A stretch of DNA of 64,000 nt from Eledone cirrhosa (GCA_964016885.1 OZ024748.1:45260001-45324000); one strand, 5' to 3'; counted from the first letter of the stretch, positions 1-13,325 are shown. Notes: generated by a model not told the origin, from the letters alone. Numbers and translations are program-made.

Positions 1-980
1 ACACAGAACTCTGGATTAACACTATAGACGAGAGAGCCCAAATTCTCCACTCACACTATGCTAAACCCATGGCCTCCAAATACCTGATACTCAAAAACTC
101 AGCAATGTCCAGTAGTGCTAAGTTTAATATTCTGATCGCAGATTTGGTACGAGTGATGAAGAATGTGTCCAGCATGTGCGACCCAACAGAAATGGAAGGA
201 CACATCCAACACTTCATCAACCGCATGCAGTTCTCTGGCTACAACCAAAGAGACAGAGTCAGAGTATACGAAGGAGCCATGGAAAAGTATAAGACCCTCA
301 TAGAACTGGACATGAAAGGAATCTGCCCACTATACAGGAGCAAATCATGGAATAGCTTAGATAGGGCTAGACATAAGATAGGGAAGGCCACATCATGGTA
401 CGACAACCAGAGATATCAGAGTGTCATGTTTGTGGACGCCACTCCTGGAGGGAAATTAGCTAACCAGTGTAGAAAGGCCCTGAGAAAGACCCACTTAAAA
501 ATAAAGGTGGTAGAAAAGCCAGGAACCACCATAAAATCCCTGATCAGCAAAACCTACCCTTTTAAGAAAACCCACTGTACCAATAGGAAGTGTATCATAT
601 GTAAGGTGAACCCCCGGATAAACTGTAAAACTAGAAACGTAGTCTATAGCATAAGATGTACAGAGGGTACTTGCAGAAACATGACAACAACATACATAGG
701 TGAGACAGCTCGTAGCATAGGTGAAAGGATAGACCAACACTGGGGGGAACTAAAAGGACGAAAAAACGGGTCAGTACTATACGAACATGCTAGACAACAA
801 CATGACGGTAACATAGACAACATAGAAATTAGAATAATATCTAAACATAGGAATGACCCAGCAGATAGACAAATCAGAGAAGCCAGTGAAATAGAAATTA
901 GAAGACCAAAGCTAAACAGAAAGAATGAGTGGAACAACAACAACACCCAAACAAACAACACTGACCTAAGAGAAGTATAA
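1..980 (+). CDS. 3' part of Penelope-like element ORF (RT thumb, Cys linker, GIY-YIG endonuclease), family A; open at window start
   Basis: ILIADLVRVM...MQFSGY, CTNRKCIIC, NVVYSIRC...YIGETARS, R-QIREA, LNRKNEW; closely similar to the C-terminus of 36811..39324. Confidence 0.93.
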   Translation, partial: TELWINTIDERAQILHSHYAKPMASKYLILKNSAMSSSAKFNILIADLVRVMKNVSSMCDPTEMEGHIQHFINRMQFSGYNQRDRVRVYEGAMEKYKTLIELDMKGICPLYRSKSWNSLDRARHKIGKATSWYDNQRYQSVMFVDATPGGKLANQCRKALRKTHLKIKVVEKPGTTIKSLISKTYPFKKTHCTNRKCIICKVNPRINCKTRNVVYSIRCTEGTCRNMTTTYIGETARSIGERIDQHWGELKGRKNGSVLYEHARQQHDGNIDNIEIRIISKHRNDPADRQIREASEIEIRRPKLNRKNEWNNNNTQTNNTDLREV

Positions 981-1259
981 ATAAGTAAATAAAATTAAAT
1001 AAAATAAGATAAATAAATACATACACAAGCACAATAACAACAAGCACATAAACACACACTAGTCACCCAGCAGACACAACACTATACACACTAGTCACAC
1101 ATCACACATAACACTATACACACACGCAAACGCATGCGCAAAGAAGACAAAATAAAATAAGATAAACAAACAAGCAAATAAATAAATAAATATATAGACA
1201 GACTGAACAAAAAAAATGGCGTAGACATACAACACAACAGGAGGAACAATGAATATAAC

Positions 1260-1301
1260 ACCACTGACGATGTTACAGATGTGCAACGAAAGATTTATGT
1301 A
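1260..1301 (+). ncRNA. Minimal type I hammerhead ribozyme in family A 3' region
   Basis: acca CTGACGA t gttaca-gatg-tgcaac GAAA gatt TA tgta; same position as the HHR at 36562-36606; helix I weak. Confidence 0.55.
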
Positions 1302-1593
1302 AATTATGTAAACTATATATATATATATGTGTTTGTGTCTATATTGTATCTGTATTATTTTTGACCGCCGGTCAGTCAATGGCAACATTGAGGACCGAGT
1401 AAGTTAGATCGCAGATATAATAAAAGACAGCGAGAAGCGAAAACCAACCAAACAGTGAGTGTGTTCTGTTATTAATTCTGGCAATATTACGCAAATATGA
1501 CCCTCCCCAAGTATAACAATATATATATATGTATATTTCAGAAAATATCATATATTTTCACTAGCTCTGACTTTTGGCCGGTAAGCAGTATAC

Positions 1594-1636
1594 TGTACTG
1601 ATGAAGGGTAGTCATCCAGAAACATTAGCGTCTGCA
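1594..1636 (+). ncRNA. Minimal type I hammerhead ribozyme in an orphan pLTR fragment
   Basis: tgta CTGATGA agggtagtcatcca GAAA cattagcg TC tgca; helix I tgta/tgca, helix II weak. Confidence 0.55.
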
Positions 1637-1805
1637 TTTCTGTTTATATGCCAATACAAGAGCAAGAATGACGAAGACATTCTACTGACATGGCTTTAAA
1701 AGAGGCTGTCTGCATAATAGCAAACGAATCAAATATTATCAAACATTATTAATATTCTAAAAACTCAGATTACATTTATTGTAGAGCAATAAACTCTTTC
1801 TTGTA

Positions 1806-1879
<74 letters not shown>

Positions 1880-1994
1880 CAAGAAAGAGTTTATTGCTCT
1901 ACAATAAATGTAATCTGAGTTTTTAGAATATTAATAATATTTGATAATATTTGATTCGTTTGCTATTATGCAGACAGCCTCTTTTAAAGCCATG

Positions 1995-3144
1995 TAGTAG
2001 CAGTTTTGGCAAATTTTTGCTCAACAAAATAATTTGGAGATAATTATAAAGAATTAGTATATCTACCAACATATATATATATACAGATCCATACCTATGC
2101 TAGCAAATATATAGGTTTTGTCTTAGTAACTTCGTGGTTCAATGCAAGGGGATGCAGAACAATTATATGAAAGACGTAAAATAAGAAAATTATAAAAATT
2201 AACTTACTTACTAATATTTCACTGCAACTAATTAGTTTCTTAAACGGAATAAACATGGTTTCCAAATGGAAAGCATGGAGAAGCCGTTTCGTTATCAGGA
2301 AGTCTGTATAAGTATAGTATAAGTTCCCTGTGTCCACGCATCGCCTGGTCACTTAGCTGAGAACAGACTTCCTGATGACGAAGCGGCTTTTCCTTGCTTT
2401 CCATTTGGAAACCATGTTTATTCCCTTTCAGAAACTAATTAGTTCGAGTGAAATTTTAGTAAGTAAGTTAATTTTTATAAGTTTCTTATTTTAGGTCTTT
2501 CATATAATTGTTCTGCATCCCCTTACAATGAACCACAAAGTTACTAAAACAAAACCTATATATTTGCTAGCATAGGTATGCATCTGTATATATATGTTGG
2601 TAGATATACTAATTCTTTATAATTATCTGCAAATTATTTTGTTGAGCAAACATTTGCCAAAACTGCTACTATAGTTCATAGTAATGACTCGGCTACTGTC
2701 TTTTTAACACCCTACTCCTCACTGATTAACCTCGAAGTCACGTGATTGATTCTTTTGAATTTGCCACCGACCAAGAAGGCAGTGAATTTTTTAATGTCTT
2801 GGAATTTAGTCCACGCTTGCTTTTTTCCATCCACTGAATTAATTTTGTATAAGTTCCCTGTGTCTACGCATCGCCTGGTAACTTAGCTGAGAACAGACTT
2901 CCTGATGACGAAACTACTTCTCCATGCTTTCCATTTGGAAACCGTGTTTATTCCCTTTCAGAAACTAATTAGTTGGAGTGAAATTTTAGTAAGTAAGTTA
3001 ATTTTTATAATTTTCTTATTTTACGTCTTTCATATAATTGTTCTGCATCCCCTTGCATTGAACCACAAAGTTACTAAGACAAAACCTATATATTTGCTAG
3101 CATAGGTATGCATCTGTATATATATGTTGGTAGATATACTAATT

Positions 3145-3150
<6 letters not shown>
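1995..3150. mobile_element. Non-coding pLTR-like element: inverted copy (1995-2306) plus two direct repeats (2321-2670, 2851-3150; 530-bp period)
   Basis: aagttccctgtgtc at 2321 and 2851; ORFs 2095..2352(-) and 2905..3105(+) translate near-identically; ends in (TA)n. Confidence 0.75.
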
Positions 3151-3228
<78 letters not shown>

Positions 3229-3377
3229 GTACTGGGCGAATGTCTATCTGTGTATGTATGTGTGTATGTATATCGATATGTAAGGAGTGGCTATGTGTGT
3301 ACATATATACATACATATCTGCGTATATATATAAAGAACAAATGAGAGAGAGAGAGAGAGAGACTGAGAGAGAGAGA

Positions 3378-3450
<73 letters not shown>

Positions 3451-3939
3451 GGAGTGCGATAGAGGAGGTAAAAGTTATAGAGTTATATATATCTCACAAA
3501 AGCCGTGTTAATTCTAAGTGTGGCATCATATTTTTTCATGCTTAGTACAAGAGATTCTGTGGTTTCTTTGGTCAGTGACAATTTTTCACTTGTCTCAGAC
3601 ATAAATAAACGAAGGAATTCCTTAAAGTGCGTCACTATTTATGCAGAGATTCTAAACTTGTTCCAGTTAAATATTTATTCGCTTAAACGATGTATGTATA
3701 TATGTATGTATGCATGTATGTATGTATGTATTTATGTATGTATGTATGTATGTATGTATGCATGTATGTATGTATGTATGTATGTATGTATGTATGTATG
3801 TATGTATGTATGTATATCTTGTTCAGCGCATCGGTAGGGGTTCTCCTACATGGATATAAAGTAGTGGCCGTACTCGAAAACGAGTTGGCAGCCATCATGT
3901 ATGTATGTATGTATGTATGTATGTATGTATGTATGTATG

Positions 3940-3971
<32 letters not shown>

Positions 3972-4001
3972 CATCTATTTCTCTCTCTCTATCTCTGTAT
4001 G

Positions 4002-4053
<52 letters not shown>

Positions 4054-4219
4054 ATATCTATATATATATATATATGTATGTATATATATATATACACATA
4101 TATATATATATGTATGTATATATATAATATATATATATATATGTGTATATATATGTGTATGTATATATATAAATATATATGTATATTTATATATACATAC
4201 ACATACACACACATATACA

Positions 4220-4261
<42 letters not shown>

Positions 4262-4416
4262 ACACATATATATATATATATATATAATATTAAATATCAT
4301 GAAGATGACCAACGATGTTACTTATAATGACGACGATGATGCTGTTGGTACATATATTAATAGTAATAGATGTAAAGGTAAATAACAATGATAACAACAA
4401 CAACAACAACAACAAC

Positions 4417-4481
<65 letters not shown>

Positions 4482-4820
4482 AACTAATAACAATGTTGTT
4501 AATCGCAAGTAAATAGATGCACGAATAAATATTATTCTATCTTTTGTGGAAATTGATAAAGATTAGAAGACAGGAGATGTTATAAAATTTACATACTGTT
4601 CCATTCTTTTGCGTCCGATTGGTGGGCGTTATGATGATGGTGATGATGATGCTGATGCTGCTGCTGCTGATGATGATGATGACTATGATGATGATGATGA
4701 TGATGAGGATGATGATAATGGTGATGATTATGGTGATAATGTTGATATATGGGATAGGAAGATAGGAAACATACACACATCAATTATATATAAATATATA
4801 TAAATATATATATATATATA
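3150..4820. repeat. Compound microsatellite tract: (TA)n, (GA)n, (TATG)n, (CA)n, (AAC/AAT)n, (GAT)n
   Basis: Read directly from sequence. Confidence 0.95.
3498..3634 (-). CDS. Candidate internal exon of an unidentified host gene
   Basis: aaatAG acceptor and TTT|GTGAG donor; open frame THFKEFLRLFMSETSEKLSLTKETTESLVLSMKKYDATLRINTAF in non-repetitive DNA between microsatellites. Confidence 0.35.
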
Positions 4821-7651
4821 GTATTTACGTATCGAGAAAGAGAGAAAAAAAGGAGGGATAGGTGATACATATAGTTATTTGCCAAGTAGCGTATGCCAAA
4901 GGTGCTCGATACTAGTGCCGGCAGTATTAAATATTCGAAGTGTTAATATTTAGTGGGCTAGAGAGTTAGCAGAGCGTAAGCACGTGGGAAAGTGAAAAAT
5001 CGGAGAATAGACCGTTAAAACATGTTTATTGAAAAAATCGCCTACGTACGTTTCGCCCAGTTGGGCTTCTCAAGGGCATAAACAATCACAAGTGTTCCTT
5101 ATATAGTTTGGAAAGAGTTTTGGGGGTTAAATCGACATCAAGATTCATTGTTCGCAAAAATATCTTGTTTTGATTTTGCAGCAGGTCAAGGGAGGTAACT
5201 TTGGCCGGTGTTAGGGCAGTCTTTCCCGGATAATTTTTGGTATGCAGGGATCGTTTTCTGGGTGTTATTTTGCTGCGCCTGCCCGCCGGGGTGTTAAGAC
5301 TTGTTGCAGGGAGATCCAGTGTGCTATTTCACTCTTCATTCTTAACCCATCTAAAGAAGGATATTTTAAAGCGATGTGTACAACTTATCGCTGTTTCAGC
5401 TCTGCTGTTGATGAGCTCGTGGGGTGCAGTTATGATGTGGTAGAGCTCCATGAGGCAAAGATCGCATTTCCTCTTGAAGTTGTACGGTGCAGCCCTGTCG
5501 ACAATCTCCCAGTGCGTGGAGAAGCTAATGTTTAAGTTCTTTAGTGATGTGATCTAGTCCGCGAGCGAGGTAGAGTGCCTTAGTTTTCTATTTGTGAAAG
5601 AGTGGAGATGTGTTCGAAACCAAATTTTGAACGGGCCGGAGGTGGCCCCTATATAATGTTTAACGCTATTGTGGCTAGTAATAGTGCATCTATATATAAC
5701 CCTATCGGTCAAGCAGTATCCTCTAAGGGGGCACCGTCCTCTGTCGCGGCAGTTGCAATTTCTGTCGCTGTTCCGTCTATTTCCCACGATAAGGCTATCA
5801 TTGTTGCTGCCTACGTTGTTAGCTGCGCTACCGCAGCTGTCGTTAGCACAATTACAACCCACAGCACGCGGGATGGTGCGATTGTTATTCCACACGCCAT
5901 GTTTTGCATGCTCCCCAGTCACTTCGCGGTCATTCTGGTTGCGTCTGCGGATGCCGTTGCCAACACTATTGGATGCTGTCAGGGAATTGTTAAGGCCGAT
6001 ACAGTTATTGTCAGGTGTAGGTGCGTCTGCGTCGAGGTGCTGTGTCTTGGTGATCTTACTGTGGTTCGTTGTTCCTATGATGTCTGCTAGGTTGGGAGTA
6101 GTAGAGAAGGATATTTTTATATTGTTCCTATTAAGAATTTTTCTATACCTATGGTTGGGTGGGAAGTTCTTCTCTAAGGCTTCGAAGAATATCCGGGGTA
6201 TGTTGGAGGCCACACTTCGAGAGTAGGGGGGGGGGGGTGGAACCATAGGACGTTACGGTGGCGATTACGTGTCCTTGTACTTTTGCTACGGGTGGTTCCA
6301 TCTAAGTGATCGCTCTTATGTGTGTGTTAATGCGCTGTCGCCCGTTCGGTGCCCCTTTCACTTTATGCTCGGGTGCACTCTTTCTACCACTTCCATGTTT
6401 ATGTACACGAAGATGTTGGTTGGAAGGCGTTGGTAGTAGGCCGTCGCCTTTGTTGGTTTTGTAATAGGGGAATAGTTTGAGTAATCTACAGTATTCACCG
6501 TCGCCGGGGACGTGATCTTTGGTGCGGTTATCTATTCTATTATATCCGACTTTAACGAGGTAGCCGCGTGATCGGTTATAGGTATGGCTTACTATAACGT
6601 TAGTTTTATGAGGGGGGTGGTTTCTAGAGCTAGCGTTAGGGATGTAGGAAATTCCTCGGTTAAAGCCGGCGCTTATCAGGGCCCTATTGTAGTAATCAGC
6701 CGCTTGGTTGAAGATATCCTCATTGGCGGATAGTCTCGAGATTCTATGTGAGATACTATAGACTATGGAGTTGAGAGTCTGCTTAGGGTGGATGGAGGCA
6801 TACTTAATATAAGAGAGGCACTCTCCAGGCTTATGGAATGGCTTGTATAAGCCCGTACTCAACTCCAGGGTCACGTCCAGGAAGTTGACAACCCTGTGGT
6901 TGAGGTCCATAGTTACGGATAGGCCGTATGACTTAAAGAACCTGTGTATATGTTTGTTAAGGTTCTCTATCCTACGGGGGCTATGGTTCCTAACGGTAAA
7001 CAAGGCGTCGTCCCTATATACACCTCCTTGTAGGGCCGGTATTTCTTCCCTAAGCTTATGTAGGAGGTATATCCCAACCAGGTCAGTTGCTTGCGCTGAG
7101 TCGCTGGACCCCATCGTGACATCGAAGTTATCAGCACGGTTGGTTCTGGTCCAGTGGGAGCCTTCGAACTGGATAATGGTTCTACGTGCCGCTAGAATTA
7201 TGTCTATTTCTTTTTTGGTGAGGCTAGTGTTAGATCTAGCTAAGATAAGTGCCTTATTTAAGAGTATGGGGGAGATAGAGGCGTAGTAGCTATCTATATC
7301 AAACTGGATGAATTTCAGGGTGGCTTTATCCGTCAACTCGGTGAACCAATTTATGACCTGGTCGGTGTTGCCCCAGAGGCAGACCTTAGCCTTTCTATTA
7401 AGCTCGAGTAGTACTCTGTCAAGGATCACTTTACTAATCTTACCTATATCTGATGTAGAGGGGCATATAAGTCTAATAGAGGGGCTTTCATTAAAGTCAT
7501 ATTTGTGATCCTTAAGAGAGAATTTAGGCGTCAGAGGGTTAGTGTACTTTTCTATTTCTAAGCTGGTGACTAAATCCTTCCCTACTCTATTTATGTCATT
7601 TAGGGTACTAGAGGGTGTCTTTTTGTAGTCTTGGCTTACTATAACGTTAGT

Positions 7652-7655
<4 letters not shown>
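4820..7655 (-). mobile_element. 5'-truncated PLE family B (RT, linker, GIY-YIG, pLTR), frameshifted
   Basis: RT motifs [46 protein letters not shown]; PYSRSVASNI...NRNNIKISFS; CNCR..CPLRGYCL, VIY...YIG; flanked by (TA)n. Confidence 0.93.
5039..5078 (-). ncRNA. Minimal type I HHR, U3-A8 core variant, family B pLTR
   Basis: Reverse complement: gcc c TTGAGAA gcccaactgggc GAAA cgtacg TA ggc; palindromic loop III. Confidence 0.75.
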
Positions 7656-7713
<58 letters not shown>

Positions 7714-7775
7714 CGAAACATAAGTCAATTGCATATATATATATAAATTTATATAAATATATATATATATATATA

Positions 7776-7909
<134 letters not shown>

Positions 7910-7997
7910 TTCAAGTGTAACCAATCTTAAAGAGAAGTCTGTGGCCTTGTTTTGCTTAACTAATAAATATATATATAGGGACGAAACATAAGTCAAT

Positions 7998-8070
<73 letters not shown>

Positions 8071-8329
8071 TATGTGTGTGTGAGTGTAATTTCCTAGTAT
8101 ATGTTCCTAAAGAATGTTCTTAAAGAATAGGGCGTTCAACATAGAGAAGATAATATTATGAGTACTTAAAGAGCTTCAATGTATTATGTCCTTTTATTAT
8201 TGGTGACTACTTCTCGTAAGAAAATTCATTCAGTTATCCACCTATTGAGATGTCAGTGAGTTTGTCCACAACCAGTTTCGATAGGGATGAGCTAAGATCG
8301 AAACTAAATTGAACTCACCAAACAAATCA

Positions 8330-8386
<57 letters not shown>

Positions 8387-8493
8387 TACTAGCATTGTTG
8401 TAATTGTTGTTATTGTTCTAACTGAATGCCATTACTACTTCATATAGTAGTCTGTATATTCCTTTCATGCCTGTATATTCTCTTCATTCTCGA

Positions 8494-8601
8494 TGCTCCG
8501 AAGAAATGACTGGTTATAATTTTGTATTGGCGAACGAGTAACGTGAAAACAAGCGAATAGCGATCTCTAGACCTACCAGTTCAGAGAAACAATTGTCAGC
8601 A
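8494..8601 (+). ncRNA. Type I HHR with long stem II insertion
   Basis: tgct CCGAAGA aatg actgg ... ccagt tcaga GAAA caattg TC agca; helix I tgct/agca; palindromic loop III. Confidence 0.6.
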
Positions 8602-8826
8602 ATGAGATTAAAAACCTTTTTTGTATTACAAACCATGTCAATCTTCTTTCCTGATTTATTATTACTCCAAGTGTTTACAACATAGGAATTACAGGATACT
8701 CGCAACATCACTATGAATACGCCTTGTTGAGTCAAACCAAGCCTAGCGTTGATATCATCCACTACCCGGAATACCATAACTGGACAACACCTAAGGGGAC
8801 TGGATATAACTATTATTTGTTACCCC

Positions 8827-8910
<84 letters not shown>

Positions 8911-8924
8911 TGAAATTGAGGTTT

Positions 8925-9173
8925 GCAAAATGAAAAATAACCGAGGTGTCCTACACGAGTGAAAGTATAAAGAAAAAAAGATGAAATCGAAAATGCAACT
9001 GCAGTCTTATTTAAAAAAAATATATATATATATTTATTTGGTTCCTTTACCGGTTTCGCAGTTCTTCTGCTTTTCAAAAGTAGAGTTGAGACTGCGAAAC
9101 CGGTAAAGGAACCAAATAAATATATATATTTTCTTTTAAATTAGACTCCAGTTGCATTTTCGATTTCATCTTT

Positions 9174-9180
<7 letters not shown>
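8925..9180. mobile_element. Head-to-head palindromic pLTR fragment (family E) with HHR at 9044-9081(-)
   Basis: Reverse complement: ctt TTGAAAA gcag aagaa ctgc GAAA ccgg TA aagg; same family as 32040-32400. Confidence 0.75.
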
Positions 9181-9247
<67 letters not shown>

Positions 9248-9260
9248 GATATATATGTAT

Positions 9261-9291
<31 letters not shown>

Positions 9292-9348
9292 GTTCGTATC
9301 TAGATGTCGAAACGGCCGGAGCTCAGCCGTCGGGGTCCTGATTTTTCC

Positions 9349-9454
<106 letters not shown>

Positions 9455-9455
9455 G

Positions 9456-9517
<62 letters not shown>

Positions 9518-9824
9518 TACATATATATATATAATTCGTTTTGTGCGGTTTTTGCAAATTTTTTCAATAACTACACATGCTGAATTCACTGGCCAAAATA
9601 GGGGTTTTCTCCCCTTAGAATCTTACATGTGCTTTCGTAACCTGCGAGATTCTGGCGCAAGAAGAACAAAAACCTGTTGAGAAAGCAATGCCTTGTTCGA
9701 TCATCATACCAAAACCTTATTTTTTATAAGCAGACAATATTATTGATTTAGGTGTTGCAGAACCCAATTTCGGAGTATTCCATCTTCCACAAGGGTCCGG
9801 GTAAATATTTCAATCATATCTCTA

Positions 9825-11590
9825 GAACTCCCCCCCCCCCCATAAAACGAACGTTATAGTAAACCATACCTATAACCGATCACGCGGCGACCTCATTGAA
9901 GTCGGATATAATAGAATAGATAACCGCACTAAAGATCACGACCCCGGCGACGGTGACCACTGTAGATTACTCGAACTATTCCCCTATTACAAAACCAACA
10001 AAGGCGACGGCCTACTACCAACGCCTTCCAACCAACAACTTCCTGTACATAAACATAGAAGAGGTAGGAAGAGTGCACCCGAGCATAAAGTGAAAGGGCA
10101 CCGAACGGGCGACTGCGCATTAACACACATAAGAGCGGTCACCTAGATGGAACCACCCATAGCAAGCGTACAAGGACACGTAATCGCCACCGTAACGTCC
10201 TATGGTTCCTCCCCCCTACTCTCAGAGTGTGGCCTCAAACATACCCCGGATGTTCTTCGAAGCCTTAGAGAAGCACTTTCCACCCAACCATAGGTATAGA
10301 AAAATTCTTAATAGGAACAATATAAAAATATCCTTCTCTACTACTCCTAACCTAGCAGACATCATAGGAACAACGAACCACAGTAAGATCACCAAGACAC
10401 AGTACCTCGACTCAGACGCACCTACACCTGACAATAACTATATCGGCCTTAACAACTCCCTGGCGGCATCCAACGTAGGTAGCAACAATGATAGCCTTAC
10501 CGTAGGAAATAGACGGAACCGCGACAGAAATTGCAACTGCCGCGACAGAGGACGCTGCCCCCTTAGAGGATACTGCCTGACTGATAGGGTTATATATACA
10601 TGCACTATAACTAGCCACAATAGCGTTAAACATTATATAGGGGCTACCTCCGGCCCGTTCAAAATTAGGTATCGAACACATCTCCACTCTTTCACAAATA
10701 AAAAAACTAAGACACTCCACTTCGCTCGCGGACTACATCACATCACTAAAGGACTTAAACATCAGCTTCTCCACGCACTGGGATATTGTCGGAAGGGCTG
10801 CACCGTACAACTTCAAGAGGAAATGCGATCTTTGCCTCATGGAGCTCTACCACATCATAACTGCACCCCACGAGCCCACCAACAGCAGAGCTGAAACAGC
10901 GATAAGTTGTACACATCGCTTAAAAATATCCTTCTTCAGATGGGTTAAGGATGAGGAGTGAAATCGTGCACCGGATCTCCCTGCAACAAGTCTTAACACC
11001 CCGGCGGGCAGGCGCTGCAAAATAACACACAGGAAACTATCCTTGCATACCAGACCCAGCCTCAAACGACTCAGACAAACAGATGCAGCCAAAAAAAACT
11101 CTCAAAATAAGCGTTGATTACATGCGTATCGACAATGGTAAGGTTGTAACCTCATCTCGTAGCGGATAAAAAAATTGTTCGGGAAAGACTGCCCTAACAC
11201 CGGCCAGAGTTACCTCCCTTGACCTGCTGCAAAATCAAAACAAGCTATTTTTGCGAGCAATGAACCTTGACGTAGATTTAACCCCCAAAACTCTTTCCGA
11301 ACAATGTAAGGAACACTTTTGATTATTCATACCCTTGAGAAGCCCAACCGGGCGAAACATACGTAGGTGCTGTTATAAATAAACATGTTTTAACGGTCTA
11401 TTCTCCGATTTCTTACTTTCCCACGTGCTTACGCTCTGCTAACTCTCTAGCCCACTAAATATTAACACTTCGAACATTTAATACTGCCGGCACTAGTATC
11501 GAGCACCTTTGGCATACGCTACTTGGCAAATAACTATATGTATCACCTATTCTCCCCGTGTTTTCTCTCTCTCGATACGTAAATGCTGTA
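9825..11590 (+). mobile_element. Second, more truncated PLE family B copy (linker, GIY-YIG, pLTR), inverted relative to 4820-7655
   Basis: ORF 10202..10894 near-identical to 5554..6246; 11180-11590 is the reverse complement of 4820-5230. Confidence 0.92.
11330..11369 (+). ncRNA. Minimal type I HHR, U3-A8 variant, family B pLTR
   Basis: acc c TTGAGAA gcccaaccgggc GAAA catacg TA ggt; helix I covaries with the 5039 copy (gcc/ggc vs acc/ggt). Confidence 0.75.
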
Positions 11591-11679
11591 TATATGTATA
11601 TATTACCCACTCTACTACCCGAAGTATTGAGTACTTTGGTGCCTTATGGTCCACCTGGTTCCTTACCACATTTCCTTCG

Positions 11680-11746
<67 letters not shown>

Positions 11747-12008
11747 AGGTGAGTTTTATTGTAGCACAATAAAGCAATGCAAATATCGGATAAGTAGCAC
11801 TCAACAGTTTATTGGACTGGAGTATATATAAGAAGAAATTAAAAGATGGTTAGAAAAGTTCCATGTATTTTATTATGCGTATAATAAAATGCATGGAACT
11901 TTTCTAACCATCTTTAAATTTCTTCTTATATATGCATATATATATATATATATACATGATAATAAGGGCGCTTGCGGAGTTGCAAATGGGTTACATATGA
12001 AAAAAGTT

Positions 12009-12111
12009 TGTCCTTCATCAGTGATCTTCCAACTATCATAGGTATTTCATCGCTTTAAAGACCTTATACCTCCGGTTGATGCGAGCAATGGCTAAAAAAA
12101 GTCGTTGGGAC
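12009..12111 (-). ncRNA. Permuted, pseudoknotted HHR (lineage 2) in non-coding element ~12000-12258
   Basis: Reverse complement: tgtcc...tcgc atcaacc gg aggta TA aggtctt taaa gcgat GAAA tacct atgat agttgg aagatca CTGATGA aggaca. Confidence 0.7.
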
Positions 12112-12592
12112 ACGTAAATAAAGGGGACGCGAGGGTAAACAAACAAAATGGTGAGGCAACAGAAGGGTGAGGAAGAAGGAGACAAGTCCCAGATTTCTAT
12201 GAATTTAAGTTCGGTGAAATCGTGAACGAGAGAATAAAGACCATCAAACCTGGTTGAAATATATATATATATAAATATATATATATATAAATAATTATAT
12301 ATATATATAAATAATTCCATTCTCTGCTGGACCTTAAATACACTTCTCATATCGCTAGCACAACTGCCATTTTAAATAATCCAATAGACAATGGACAATA
12401 TTAAAGAGAAATGTCATGGACTATTTAAAATGGCAGTGAGCAGCTGTGCTAGCTATATGAGAAGTGTATTGAGGTCCAGCAGAGAATGGAATTATTTATC
12501 GAAATATCGTAGGAACATTGGATAAGAGGAACCTATACCTGCAGCCATTTTGTCAAGTACATGCATGCACATATATATATATATACACACAC

Positions 12593-12695
<103 letters not shown>

Positions 12696-12823
12696 TATAT
12701 ATATATATATCATGGAGTATGATTTCATCTGACAAAAGTCTGTGTCCTATAAGTTTTCTTAAACAATTATTTTCATTCTTTAGTAATTCTGGTTTCTAAG
12801 AAAACAGAGGAATCCAGAAGGAG

Positions 12824-12855
<32 letters not shown>

Positions 12856-12897
12856 TGTATGTATGTATGTATGTATGTATGTATGTATGTATGTATG

Positions 12898-13325
12898 TCA
12901 GGTCACCAGTTGGTGCTACTGGTAACATGTATCCCAGTACAACCTGTCCCATGATCGGGTCGTTGGCGACTAAACTGGCAACCCCACCAAGGTTTCTTGG
13001 TGAGGAGGGTGACTTTGGACATCCTGCAGGACTAAAAACAAAACCTGTCAAAGGGCAAAGGAGCTCTTAAGAGTCAATGGCCATCCAAAATCACCGGGAG
13101 AAATGACCCCTTAGCCTTTGTCAAGGCACAATTCTAGGAGAAGGAAAACTCTGATATAACACCTGCAACCCTGATGGTATTCAATGATGTTGACTTGTTC
13201 TTCATTTTGGTAAATATCATCTTGGTTAAGAGAGTGGGACTGGCTTTGTGCAGTGCCTTTGCTCACTATAAAAGCTTCACGGCACAGGCTTTGTACCAGT
13301 GTTTTGAAGTCTCTGGCAGCCACCA
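12898..13325. mobile_element. Non-autonomous element resembling RTE-clade LINE 5' UTR; diverged inverted copy at 49286-49912
   Basis: ctaggagaaggaaaactctga motif recalled from RTE 5' ends; ORFs 12831..13070 and 49740..49961 are homologous; ggcagcca(t/c)cat end also at 3887-3898. Confidence 0.55.

Larger units (their letters stand above)
1..1522 (+). mobile_element. PLE family A copy (3' half, 3'UTR/pLTR) ending in ATGACCCTCCCCAAGTATAACAAT then (TA)n
   Basis: Terminal sequence matches the family A terminus at 36400-36450 and 40467-40523. Confidence 0.8.
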
